Shown here: positions 29,922 to 39,753 of the stretch, piece by piece
Layout: the number at the start of each line of letters is the position of its first letter
How positions within the stretch are numbered: the stretch's first letter is position 1
NCBI GenBank assembly: GCA_963737905.1
Contig: CAVTUQ010000004.1
Coordinates: forward strand, 128,001 to 192,000
Source: an uncultured delta proteobacterium
GTDB taxonomy: Bacteria; Desulfobacterota; Binatia; UBA9968
DNA length: 64,000 nucleotides
Direction: 5' to 3'
Notes under the pieces: model-generated
What the model was told of the DNA's origin: nothing
Seen by the model: only the letters and a program-made list of their open reading frames with translations
The model's database searches: none
Made by a program: the position numbers and the translations under genes

Positions 29922-31278
29922 ATGGCCCGCCCCCGTGCAAAGGTTCTCGTCGTTGACGACGATTCCTGCCACCCGCGACGGGCTAACGGCGCTGTTGGAA
30001 AACTGGGGCTATGGCGCCACCTCGGCGGCCGATGGCAAAGCGGCTCTTAAGATCTGCGAAAAGGAGCTCCCCCACGCCATCGTGACCGACCTGATGATGC
30101 CCGGCATGAACGGCATCGAGTTTATCGAAGGCCTAAACGAACAGGTGCGGCAAGTCGCCATCGTCATGATGACCGGCCAGGCGACCATCGAAACTGCGGT
30201 TCAGGCCATCAAGCTCGGTGCCTACGATTATCTCACCAAGCCGCTCGAGCCGGAGAAGTTGCGCGCCGTTCTCGAAAGGGGCCTTAAACAAGTCTCACTG
30301 GCTCGCGAATCGAGCGCTCTCCGCCAAAAGCTGGAGTCACCATTGGGTTCTTACGGGGCATTGATCGGGAAATCGACGCCGATGCGCGAGCTTTATAAGC
30401 AGTTGAGTCAGATTGCAGCGACGGATGCCGCCGTGTTGGTCAACGGTGAAAGTGGCACGGGCAAAGAATTAGTCGCGAATACGCTGCATGATCTCTCACC
30501 GAGGCGTGAGGGAAGCTTTCTTGCGCTGAACTGCGCGGCGATCTCCCCGACGCTTATGGAAAGTGAGCTTTTCGGGCACGAGAAAGGCGCCTTTACCAAC
30601 GCCATCGAGCGGCACTTGGGCTGCTTCGAGCAGGCTGACGGCGGAACGCTGTTTCTCGACGAGATCACGGAGATGGCAGCGGAAGTACAGGCGAAGTTCT
30701 TGCGCGTTCTGGAGGAAGGGCAGGTGCGCCGCATCGGTGGGAATACGAACGTACCGGTATCGGTGCGGGTCGTCGCTGCCACCAACCGCTCGCCGGCTGG
30801 CGCCGTCAAAGAAGGCAAGTTGCGCCAGGATCTTTTTTATCGCTTGAGCGTTTTTAGTGTGGAGCTGCCGCCCTTGCGGGAGCGTGGCGAAGACATAATG
30901 CTGCTGGCACGCTATTTCCTTGAATCCTTCGCCGAGAAATACCGGCGCCCCATGCTCCAATGGGCCACCGACTTCACGAGCGCTCTCCAATCTCACTTGT
31001 GGCCGGGCAATGTCCGCGAGCTACGCAATGCCATGGAGCGACTCGCGGTGCTGGCACCCGGTCCGAGCCTGACAGCGGCCGATGTGCAACAATTCTGTCT
31101 GGCCGCTGTAGTGGAAGAACCGTTCGATGCGGCACCGCTTTCACTGGCCGAGGCCGAGCGGCAAGCCATTGAACGTGCCCTGGCTGCTAGTGGCGGCAAC
31201 AAGACCCAGGCTGCAAGAATTCTCGGCATCACGCCTAAAACTCTGAACGCCAAATTGTCTCTTTATAATAAAGAGTAA
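29922..31278 (+). CDS. NtrC-family sigma54-dependent response regulator; frameshift at about 29963
   Basis: ATG 29922 reads MARPRAKVLVVDDD, then receiver, GESGTGKE, GAFT and WPGNVREL motifs and a Fis HTH. Confidence 0.92.
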
Positions 31279-31305
31279 TTTCTCCCTGTCGCGCTACGTT
31301 TTTAC

Positions 31306-31342
31306 TTAGCCGGGTTACTCTCGATATTACGTAACTGGCTAA
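31306..31342. promoter_or_regulatory. Imperfect inverted repeat (enhancer-binding site or terminator)
   Basis: TTAGCCGGGTTAC...GTAACTGGCTAA between the regulator gene and the sigma54 promoter. Confidence 0.35.
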
Positions 31343-31361
31343 CTTCACGAGCTTTTCCTCA

Positions 31362-31376
31362 TGGCACAAGCGTTGC
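31362..31376 (+). promoter_or_regulatory. sigma54 -24/-12 promoter
   Basis: TGGCAC-AAGCG-TTGC. Confidence 0.78.
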
Positions 31377-31416
31377 TCAACCATCCAAGTGGGCTATGTT
31401 CCTAAAGGGAGGACAA

Positions 31417-31548
31417 ATGAAATCACCTAACTACGTTGCCGTCTTGGCCATTCTCAACGCGATGTTACATCGCGTATCCGAGTCACTGCCTCAGATCGAA
31501 CAAGCTACTCGAGAATTGGGGCACGCTAAAATTGCCGCGACCAAGTGA
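31417..31548 (+). CDS. Small hypothetical protein, 43 aa
   Basis: GGGAGG RBS; MKSPNYVAVLAILNAMLHRVSESLPQIEQATRELGHAKIAATK; first ORF after the sigma54 promoter. Confidence 0.55.
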   Translation: MKSPNYVAVLAILNAMLHRVSESLPQIEQATRELGHAKIAATK

Positions 31549-31582
31549 AATTTGCGTGTAATCTTAACCCAGCGGAGATTTT

Positions 31583-31888
31583 ATGAAGCCGCACAAATAT
31601 ATCGCTGTCTTTTCTCTCCTAAACGCGTTGGCGTTTTGCTCGATACTTTCACCTGCAAATGCGGGACAGGGCGACAAAGGTTCGCAGTACGGCAGTCAAG
31701 CAAAGTCTCATATGAGCGAAAAGGGCGCCGCAAACTCAAACGCGCAGTGGTCGGCAGACCCGGAGCGAGGCTGGGTTCGCGCGGAAGAACGGCACCAAGG
31801 ACACGATGAGTCTCGAACAAAGGGCAAATCCAAGCAAAATCACGGCAAGCAAAAAGCCAATGGGGCAAAAGAGAAGACGAACAACTAA
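31583..31888 (+). CDS. Small secreted hydrophilic protein
   Basis: Signal peptide ending ANA, then a K/Q/G-rich low-complexity mature region; GGAG RBS. Confidence 0.7.
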   Translation: MKPHKYIAVFSLLNALAFCSILSPANAGQGDKGSQYGSQAKSHMSEKGAANSNAQWSADPERGWVRAEERHQGHDESRTKGKSKQNHGKQKANGAKEKTNN

Positions 31889-31948
31889 CCAAATAAAGTA
31901 AAACTGCGAGATACATCGGATTGATGGGGAAGAAAGGAGAATTTGACA

Positions 31949-32305
31949 ATGAGCACTAATACGAAGGTAATCGGTAAGGCTTCGGTGTTTTTCTTAGCGG
32001 GGGCGATGCTGATAGTGGGTTGCGCCGGCGGTTCGTTGACTACGCGTGAGAAAGGCGCCGGCATTGGCGCCCTCGGTGGCGCTGCGGCAGGTGGGCTGGT
32101 TGGCTCGGCTGTCGGTCATCCTGGCGTAGGCGCCGCCATCGGTGGTGGCCTTGGTCTTGGCGCCGGTGCTCTGATCGGCGATCAACTGCAAGGGCAGGAG
32201 ATCACCAATTATCAGCAGCAACAGCAACTTAACCGGAATCAAGCCGAGATCAATCGCAGCCGCCAGGAGATCGAACGGTTAAAGCGCCAACAGAGTGAAT
32301 ATTAA
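31949..32305 (+). CDS. Glycine-zipper lipoprotein
   Basis: Lipobox IVGC, GAGIGALGGAAAGGLVG repeats, coiled-coil tail. Confidence 0.85.
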   Translation: MSTNTKVIGKASVFFLAGAMLIVGCAGGSLTTREKGAGIGALGGAAAGGLVGSAVGHPGVGAAIGGGLGLGAGALIGDQLQGQEITNYQQQQQLNRNQAEINRSRQEIERLKRQQSEY

Positions 32306-32344
32306 TCTTTTGCCTTCTGCCAACGAAAATTAAGTACGACCACC

Positions 32345-32372
32345 GAGGCGGAGTGTACGATCACTTCGCCTC
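32345..32372 (+). terminator. Hairpin after the glycine-zipper gene
   Basis: GAGGCGGAGTG-TACGAT-CACTTCGCCTC; no clear U tract. Confidence 0.35.
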
Positions 32373-32514
32373 AATACTGTAAGGAAGATACATACAAAAT
32401 ATCAGATGTAGGCTTTACAAACCCCTCCAGCTGGGTGTCTTAGAGCGCAACTTGCCTGCAACCAGAATTTAAATTTCCTGCCAATTAGCAGACTTGAGTG
32501 GTCGACTTGCAACT

Positions 32515-32529
32515 TGGTACAGACGTTGC
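32515..32529 (+). promoter_or_regulatory. sigma54 -24/-12 promoter
   Basis: TGGTAC-AGACG-TTGC upstream of the MlaC-like gene. Confidence 0.6.
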
Positions 32530-32633
32530 TGTTCGATGATCTGGTTGTGCCAATCAACCACCGTCACAGCCCTCAACTTTTTGGGTCTCCCTTGAGATTA
32601 AGATCGAGAGTGGGTCGAAGAAAGGAAATCGTC

Positions 32634-33245
32634 ATGGTTAATTTACATCGGTGGATACTGATAGTTGGGCTTGGGACTATCCTAGTCGTTGGAGCGGGAG
32701 GAACGACGTTGTGGGCTGCGGCCCCCGGCGAGCAGGTGAAGGCAACGATCGATCAAGTGATGGAAGTACTTAGAGACTCAAAGTTTCAGGGCACCGGCAA
32801 AAAGGCCGACAGGAGAGAAAAGTTACGGCAGATTATTTTACCTAGATTCGACTTCGCCGAGATGGCCAAGCGCGCGCTGGGAAACAACTGGAATCGCTAC
32901 CCGGATAAGCAACAAGAATTTGTCACCGTGTTTAAGCAACTCCTCGAAGAAACCTACGCCGATCAGATTGAACTGGCTAGCGGCGATAAGGTTGTATACC
33001 TGAACGAACGCACTGAGAAAGACTATGCGGAGGTGGACACCAAAGTGATTTCTTCCAAAGGTGAGGAAACGCCAATGACTTACAAACTCCATCCCGTGGG
33101 TTCCGATTGGAAGGTCTTCGACATCGTGGTCGAGAACATAAGCATCGTGAACAACTATCGCGCCCAATTCAATCGCGTTCTGAGCAACGCCTCCCTGGAT
33201 GAGCTAATCAAAAGGATGAAGGAAAAACGATTTGAGAAGAGCTAG
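32634..33245 (+). CDS. MlaC/Ttg2D phospholipid-binding periplasmic protein
   Basis: FDFAEMAKRALG..W, WKVFDI.VE.IS...NYR.QF. Confidence 0.88.
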   Translation: MVNLHRWILIVGLGTILVVGAGGTTLWAAAPGEQVKATIDQVMEVLRDSKFQGTGKKADRREKLRQIILPRFDFAEMAKRALGNNWNRYPDKQQEFVTVFKQLLEETYADQIELASGDKVVYLNERTEKDYAEVDTKVISSKGEETPMTYKLHPVGSDWKVFDIVVENISIVNNYRAQFNRVLSNASLDELIKRMKEKRFEKS

Positions 33246-33373
33246 GGACGATCGGCTCGACGCGACTAAACAGAAACGCTTGTAAAACAAAACTCGTAGT
33301 GAAAAGCTATAGGAAGTCCACTGGGGGTTCTGGATCCTCGCAGCTAAACACGTCTGATCGCCTGGTTTGAACG

Positions 33374-35632
33374 ATGGCAGATCGCGTTAAATCACAAAGA
33401 ATTGTTGTTGTTTCCAACCGTCTCCCTTTCACGGTCGTGGAAGAAGGGGAGGGGATCCAATTCAACGAAAGCGCGGGAGGCGTAGCGACAGGGTTGAAAA
33501 CGTTGCTCACCTCGCAACAGGGTTCTCTAGCCCCGGAATCCGAATACTTGTGGGTTGGCTGGCCGGGGAGCACTATCAAAGATGAAATCCGTGACGAAGT
33601 TAGAGCCAAAGCCCTATCGGAGTATGGCTGCTGCCCGGTTTTCCTCTCTGAACAAGATCTTGAAAATTTTTATCAGGGTTTCTGCAATGAAACGATCTGG
33701 CCGATCTTTCATTACTTTCCCAACTATGCCAGATACGACGAAGCCTACTGGGAGCAGTATCGCAAGGTTAATGAATCATTTAGCGCTACGCTGCTAGAAG
33801 CAATACGCCCGGACGATACCGTATGGATTCACGATTATCATTTGATGCTGCTGCCACATCTTGTTCGAAAAGCCTTGCCGACAATTCGCATCGGCTTTTT
33901 CTTACACATTCCTTTCCCGCAGTTTGAGATCTTTCGACTGATTCCGGGAAAATGGCGCCGGGGGATTCTCGAGGGTTTGCTTGGGGCGAATCTCATTGGG
34001 TTCCACACGCACGAATACGGGGAGTATTTTCTCCGATGCGTTCAACGCATCCTCGGCTACGGGCATTCCATGGGCCGGCTCATCATCGACGAAGACGATC
34101 GCCTGGTGAGAGTTGGCACCTTTCCCATGGGCATCGATTTTCAGAAATTCCACGATGCCGCGAGCGGCATGGAAGTTCAAGCGGAAAAAGAAGAGCTGCG
34201 AAGGAGTTTGGGCGATTCCAAAATCGTCCTCTCGGTTGACCGACAAGATTACTCGAAGGGCATACTCCACCGTTTGCAGGGCTTCGAGGCGATGCTCGAA
34301 TCGAATCCGGAATGGCAAGGCAAAGTAACGTTGATTATGCTAGTGGTACCCTCCCGGATAGGCATTGCAGACTACGAAGGGATGAAAAAACGGATCGAGG
34401 AGCTCGTCGGCAAGATTAATGGTCGATTCGGCACTATCGGCTGGACACCGATTATATACCAATACCGATCGGTGCCCTTTCAGTCTTTGGTGGCGATGTA
34501 TACCGCGAGCCACGTTGCTCTGATTACCCCTCTGCGGGATGGGATGAACTTGGTGGCCAAAGAATACGTTGCGGCTCGTCACGATAAAACGGGCGTTTTG
34601 GTACTGAGCGAAATGGCGGGTGCCGCGAAAGAGCTGACGGAGGCGATTATCATTAATCCCAATAACCGGGAAGAAATTTCGGATGCCCTGAAAACGGCAT
34701 TAGAAATGCCTCACGAAGAACAAATGCGGCGCAATATAACGATGCAGAATCGTCTGCGCCGCTACGATGTCAGCCGTTGGGCCACGGATTTTTTGCGTGA
34801 GTTGCTTTCTCATAAGGAACTGCCTGTTAAGTGGCTCGAAGCTTCGGATTGGCGTGCAGCGACGGAGAAATACCATCGCAGCGCGCGCCGTCTCTTGATC
34901 CTTGACTATGATGGGACATTGGTTCCGTTCGCGGGTTCCCCAGAGCTTGCTAAACCAACCAACGAGTCGCTCAAAGTCCTCCGCTCTCTGGCAAATGATC
35001 CGCGAAACGAGCTCCTCCTCGCCAGCGGGCGGGACCGCGCCACACTCGATCAATGGTTCACCGGAGTGCCGATAGGCCTTGCAGCGGAACATGGAGCCTG
35101 GATTAGGGAGCGGAACTGCGACTGGAAGGTGCAACAGTTTTCCGCGCCGGCGTGGAAACAAAAGCTTTTTCCTATTCTTGAGATGTACGCCGATCGTGTT
35201 CCCGGCGCGTTCGTCGAAGAGAAGGAGTTCTCTCTCGTATGGCACTATCGTATGGCCGAGCTAGAGCAGGGGCGCGCCGTAGCGAGAGAATTAACCGATC
35301 ATTTGCTTATATTTACAGCCAGCATCGGTCTTCAGGTATTGACCGGAAACAAAGCGATTGAGATCAGGGGGGCGGGCATCAGCAAAGGAACAGCGGTGCA
35401 ACGGTGGTTGGCCAAGACCGAATTCGATTTCGTTTTAGCCATCGGAGACGATTTGACCGACGAGGATATGTTTGCGGTACTACCGCAATGGGCCTATTCC
35501 TTCCATGTAGGATCAACTCAAACCGGGGCTCGATTCCGTCTGCGCGATCCGATCGAGGTATTACAGTGCTTGGGGGAGCTTGCGGAGTTGTCGCAAATGG
35601 CAATTCAAACCTCGAATACGCAACAACTCTAA
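33374..35632 (+). CDS. Bifunctional trehalose-6-phosphate synthase/phosphatase (OtsA-OtsB fusion)
   Basis: VSNRLP, WIHDYHL, FLHIPFP, DGMNLVAKEY, then HAD motifs LDYDGTL and GDD.TDEDMF. Confidence 0.95.
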   Translation: MADRVKSQRIVVVSNRLPFTVVEEGEGIQFNESAGGVATGLKTLLTSQQGSLAPESEYLWVGWPGSTIKDEIRDEVRAKALSEYGCCPVFLSEQDLENFYQGFCNETIWPIFHYFPNYARYDEAYWEQYRKVNESFSATLLEAIRPDDTVWIHDYHLMLLPHLVRKALPTIRIGFFLHIPFPQFEIFRLIPGKWRRGILEGLLGANLIGFHTHEYGEYFLRCVQRILGYGHSMGRLIIDEDDRLVRVGTFPMGIDFQKFHDAASGMEVQAEKEELRRSLGDSKIVLSVDRQDYSKGILHRLQGFEAMLESNPEWQGKVTLIMLVVPSRIGIADYEGMKKRIEELVGKINGRFGTIGWTPIIYQYRSVPFQSLVAMYTASHVALITPLRDGMNLVAKEYVAARHDKTGVLVLSEMAGAAKELTEAIIINPNNREEISDALKTALEMPHEEQMRRNITMQNRLRRYDVSRWATDFLRELLSHKELPVKWLEASDWRAATEKYHRSARRLLILDYDGTLVPFAGSPELAKPTNESLKVLRSLANDPRNELLLASGRDRATLDQWFTGVPIGLAAEHGAWIRERNCDWKVQQFSAPAWKQKLFPILEMYADRVPGAFVEEKEFSLVWHYRMAELEQGRAVARELTDHLLIFTASIGLQVLTGNKAIEIRGAGISKGTAVQRWLAKTEFDFVLAIGDDLTDEDMFAVLPQWAYSFHVGSTQTGARFRLRDPIEVLQCLGELAELSQMAIQTSNTQQL

Positions 35633-35727
35633 GCTTAAAGACTTTCCACTATTGCGCTAAGCCTCACTTATCGCATAAATTTTCATTCGTGACCCGGGCT
35701 TCAATAAAATGCGCGCCGTATCCAAGA

Positions 35728-36276
35728 TCAGCGAATCTCGAATAGCAGAATCGTATGATCGTGGAGGAAATCGCCCTTTATTCGTTCAATCTTATCCGGT
35801 ACCCATCCTTCAATTTCGTAGTCATGTGAAACTACTCTGGAACCCGGTTTCAGCTGCTTGTCAAAAATCGGTCTTAGTTTGGCGTTGAACTCCGGGAGCA
35901 TATAGAGGGTTACAACCGTCGCCGGTGAAACATCCACTGTGAGAGCATCTTGCATCCGGAATTCGACTAAATGATCGACCTTTTCTTTGAAAGCGTTGTC
36001 CCTGGCTTTTTGCACTAGGCCGGCATCGATTTCGATTCCGACCCCTTTTACGCCATAGCGCTTGGCCGCCCGAATGATGATGCGGCCATCGCCGCTGCCC
36101 AAATCGTAGATCACATCGCCGCTTTTCACCTGGGCCATCTCGAGCATGCGGTCGACGACGTCGGGCGGCGTCGGCACGAACGGCACTTCGCCATCGGTCC
36201 AAACGGCCACAGGATAGCAGCCGTTTCCCATCAGGAGGAGCAAACTCAACGCAAGCCAATCTGCAATTTGTCTCAT
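35728..36276 (-). CDS. Class I SAM-dependent methyltransferase with lipoprotein-like signal
   Basis: PFVPTP, YDLGSGDGRI, RVVSHDY. Confidence 0.85.
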   Translation of the reverse strand: MRQIADWLALSLLLLMGNGCYPVAVWTDGEVPFVPTPPDVVDRMLEMAQVKSGDVIYDLGSGDGRIIIRAAKRYGVKGVGIEIDAGLVQKARDNAFKEKVDHLVEFRMQDALTVDVSPATVVTLYMLPEFNAKLRPIFDKQLKPGSRVVSHDYEIEGWVPDKIERIKGDFLHDHTILLFEIR

Positions 36277-36436
36277 TGACTAATTTCCACTCCGGTCATT
36301 GAATCTTCAAACCCGTTGGTTATAGGGTATTCACTAATGCCGCGTCAATCAGCGGCACGCCGCTCGGGAACTTTGAGGATAATTTCTTCGTCACGGCCTT
36401 TGACCAACGGTGAAGCATAGATATACGGAGGGAAAT

Positions 36437-37156
36437 ATGCCGACCTGGGACGATGTTCTAACGCCACGCGACAGGGATGTTTTCGCTCTTTCCGGCTACG
36501 GCAAGCGCGCCGGTTTCGGACAGAGACCGGCGATTTTAGTGATCGACGTTAACTACAACTTCGTCGGAGACAAACCGGAGCCGATTCTCGAATCCGTAAA
36601 GCGCTTCCGCAACAGCTGCGGCGAAGAAGGCTGGGAAGGAGTTCATCGCATTAGTGAGCTGCTCAGCGAAGCGCGAAAGAAACATCTGCCGACTTTCTAT
36701 ACGACTGGTCATGACGACAGAACAAACACCGTGGCCTTTGGTCGCTGGCAAGCGAAAAACAGCCGATCGACCGAAGATATGACCGAAGACTGGGATAAGG
36801 GAAACACCATAGTCGAGGAGATAACGCCTCAAAAGGGCGACATCGTCGTCCGCAAGCAAAAACCCAGTGCCTTTTTCGGCACACCGCTTATCAGCATGCT
36901 CAATGAAGTTCACGCCGACAGCCTACTTGTGACCGGCACCACAACCAGCGGTTGCGTGCGCGCCAGCGTCATCGATGCTTTTTCCTATAATCTCAAGGTT
37001 TCCGTCATCGAGGAGTGCGTCTTCGACCGCGGCCAGGCATCGCACAAAATCAATCTCTTCGACATGGCTATGAAGTACGCCGATGTGATCCCGCTCAAAG
37101 AAGCTATCGAATACGTTCGTGGCCTGCCCGACAACCTGTTTGCCCCGGCGTTGTAA
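36437..37156 (+). CDS. Isochorismatase-family cysteine hydrolase (N-carbamoylsarcosine/maleamate amidase-like)
   Basis: LVID, K.KPSAFFGT, GTTTSGCVRAS..DA. Confidence 0.9.
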   Translation: MPTWDDVLTPRDRDVFALSGYGKRAGFGQRPAILVIDVNYNFVGDKPEPILESVKRFRNSCGEEGWEGVHRISELLSEARKKHLPTFYTTGHDDRTNTVAFGRWQAKNSRSTEDMTEDWDKGNTIVEEITPQKGDIVVRKQKPSAFFGTPLISMLNEVHADSLLVTGTTTSGCVRASVIDAFSYNLKVSVIEECVFDRGQASHKINLFDMAMKYADVIPLKEAIEYVRGLPDNLFAPAL

Positions 37157-37196
37157 TCGGGTTCCGCGTTCAAAAATTCGTGACAGGGATATCAAG

Positions 37197-37472
37197 ATGG
37201 AGAAATCCGAAAGCAACCCGAATTTGCAAGCCGCAATCTTCGAAGTGGTAGAAAACCATCTCCGCAATAGTGACCCGCCTCAAACGGGACACACCTTCAA
37301 ACGGCTCATTGAAGCCGGCCATTCTGAAAAAGAGGCAAAGCAACTGATCGCCTGTGTTGTCTCCGCAGAGATTTTTGACGTGCTGAAGAGAAATGAACCC
37401 TTCAATCTTGACCGGTTTGTAAAAGGTCTCAACAAGCTCCCCACGATGCCTTGGGAAAAAGAGGAACGTTGA
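37197..37472 (+). CDS. Small conserved-looking hypothetical protein
   Basis: MEKSESNPNLQAAIFEVVENHL...PFNLDRF...LP.MPW; helical, plausible coding sequence. Confidence 0.6.
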   Translation: MEKSESNPNLQAAIFEVVENHLRNSDPPQTGHTFKRLIEAGHSEKEAKQLIACVVSAEIFDVLKRNEPFNLDRFVKGLNKLPTMPWEKEER

Positions 37473-37582
37473 CCTCGACGATACATCCAAAAAGTTGGCA
37501 TCGCAAAGAAGAGTCGAGGCCGTGGATGAACAAACAATCACTGCCAACTAAACAAACTTAGCTCACCTGCGAGAAAGTCAAA

Positions 37583-38359
37583 CTAGACAGGGTGGTTGTT
37601 GATAGGCCGGTAAGGTGAGGCCGCCTCTAAGTGATCGCCGAGTTCCGTATAGAATTCGCTCGAACAGGGCTTAAAATTCTCCGGCCAATTGGCCGTTAAC
37701 GTGCACAACAATCGTAACTGAATCGGTGCGTCAGTATTCACTCGCTTCACGCGTACCTGAACTGCGTCTGGATCATTTTCCAAGATTTCGAGAAAATCTC
37801 GCGAAATATATCTTGGACAATAGCCTACGATGGTCGCAGGATCATCTGTTCGGATCGCAATCGCACAACCATCATAACGGTTCTGAGGGTCTGGCATGAG
37901 ATATAACCTCTGCCCAACATGGAGTTTACTAATCCTGACCCGTGCTTCGTCCGGTAGATGCCGAACACCATGACTAAAGAAATGAACTACATATTTACCC
38001 TCCGGGTCTCGCTCCGGGCACGGAAATACCGTTAAAGAATCTGTTTCTCGAACTCCTTCTGTACGACCTAGCAATACGAGCGGGTCTGCTTCATCTTCCC
38101 GCAAATCAAGCCAGCGCAAAAAATCCCTATACTCTGGCCTTTTCTTTGAAATGAGACGATTCGCGAACAGGGGTAATAATTCGTGGGATTTGTACACAGC
38201 ATGCAAATCCTGCATAAACCCAAACGGAATGAAGTTTTTGGAAAGCTTCGCACCCTTCGTATAAACGAACCGATAAACGCCATTCTCGGAGCTCAGTTTT
38301 CCTACCGGAAACCATTGCCGAGACTGCGGGTCTTGCCAAGCTAAATACAAGACTTTCAC
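37583..38359 (-). CDS. HIRAN domain protein
   Basis: N-terminal LYLAWQDP..R.W.PVG.L/FANR segment; C-terminal L.PDPQN.YD..AI....VGY.PRY HIRAN motif. Confidence 0.8.
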   Translation of the reverse strand: MKVLYLAWQDPQSRQWFPVGKLSSENGVYRFVYTKGAKLSKNFIPFGFMQDLHAVYKSHELLPLFANRLISKKRPEYRDFLRWLDLREDEADPLVLLGRTEGVRETDSLTVFPCPERDPEGKYVVHFFSHGVRHLPDEARVRISKLHVGQRLYLMPDPQNRYDGCAIAIRTDDPATIVGYCPRYISRDFLEILENDPDAVQVRVKRVNTDAPIQLRLLCTLTANWPENFKPCSSEFYTELGDHLEAASPYRPINNHPV

Positions 38360-38360
38360 C

Positions 38361-39275
38361 TTACACCTCCAGCTTCAGAAGGCGTCGTTGGTTTAATTCG
38401 AGCATCTTCATAGCAAACTCCCTACCGGCGTCTGAGATTCGACCGGGTGGAACCTGGGCAAATATACCGTCAATCGCATTCTCTGAGATTTGCGCTAGCC
38501 GGTCAAGCCACGCCCTCGCTGCTGATCCCCTCAGTCTTGCTGCTTCCCTAAAAACAGCCAATGTTGGCATGGGTTTACTACTTGCGGGCGAGCTGAAGAA
38601 TGCAGAAAGAGGCTTTTCAATATACCAATCCATACCCCTCCGACGATCTTTTGTCGAGAGTCTTTGCAGTCTTGTTGCGTCTGTCTCGTTCCATCCTAAG
38701 CTCGATGCGTGATCGAACGTTGGCGCCAGATGTATGCTTCGATCCGAGCTAACTACAAAACCCCAATTCTCATGATGGCGGTCCTGATTTGCAATCCAGG
38801 CATCCAACATCAAATAGCCAACAAAAACATCGACTGCCGACCGAACATTACCGAACGTATTCCAATTAAGCGGCGGCTGAACGCCATCCTGTTTAACGAT
38901 TGTCAAGACCAATCTGACCGTATGTTGGCTCACCCGATAAAACTTCTCTTTGGGATAGCTCTTATCTAGGCGCACTAAGACCTCATTCCCGGCTACTAAC
39001 CTTCCACCAGAAGGGACAAAAATGCGAGACACAACCCCATGTTGACCTTTCCATGTCGCAAACTCATACTCCGCGTGGGGTAGCCCGAGAAGTTCGCAGA
39101 GTTCACTGACAACCTTCTCGCTCCAGTCTTCGCCTGTTGCGCTTTCACCTTCGCTTCTATTCAGCTTGAACAGATATCTATTGGAATGCTCATCGCTAAA
39201 CCAAAACTTGGGTTTGGTCCCAAGCTGTTCTAACATGTCTCCAGCCTCATCCGGAACTACAATGACGGGATACAT
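38361..39275 (-). CDS. HipA-like Ser/Thr kinase
   Basis: LGTKPKFW, YLFK, GEDWSEK, catalytic loop DAWIANQDRHHENWG, LAPTFDHASSL. Confidence 0.87.
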   Translation of the reverse strand: MYPVIVVPDEAGDMLEQLGTKPKFWFSDEHSNRYLFKLNRSEGESATGEDWSEKVVSELCELLGLPHAEYEFATWKGQHGVVSRIFVPSGGRLVAGNEVLVRLDKSYPKEKFYRVSQHTVRLVLTIVKQDGVQPPLNWNTFGNVRSAVDVFVGYLMLDAWIANQDRHHENWGFVVSSDRSIHLAPTFDHASSLGWNETDATRLQRLSTKDRRRGMDWYIEKPLSAFFSSPASSKPMPTLAVFREAARLRGSAARAWLDRLAQISENAIDGIFAQVPPGRISDAGREFAMKMLELNQRRLLKLEV

Positions 39276-39326
39276 TAGGGTTTAGGACGTAAGTGAATGG
39301 GCTCTCTTCAGCTCTCGTCGTCGCAT

Positions 39327-39640
39327 TTATCTCATTCGATCGTTACACCAATAAATGTCTCGTGCCTTTACCTTCAATTCCTCGGACCGATCACGCCAAT
39401 CGGGTAGCGACCGGTCAAGAATTTTCCAAAACTCGTCTCCATGATGACGCTCGAGCAAATGCGCTAACTCGTGCGCTATCACGTAATCAGCGATCACGCA
39501 CCGGCAGCTGCAACAGCTTCCAATTGAAATAGACCACACGGTTCTTGCCACAAGATCCCCACCGATACCCAAGATCACGGACCTCAACTCGTGCCGCTGC
39601 AACCCTAGTTTGCGGCTTAATAAACTTACCCGCTCAAGAC
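39327..39640 (-). pseudogene. 5'-truncated, frameshifted YgjP/DUF45 (SprT-like) zinc metalloprotease
   Basis: Across frames: VRDLGYRWGSC...FNWKLLQLP | DYVIAHELAHL.E.HH...FW....PDW; the N-terminal half is absent. Confidence 0.75.
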
Positions 39641-39753
39641 AGCTTCGGTTATATTTGCCTTTCTTTACTACAGCTCGTCGTCCAGCCTCATCGCCGAGCC
39701 GAAAAGGATAATTTTCTCGGGCTTGGCGACTTCTACAATTCGCCGCCCAGGCA

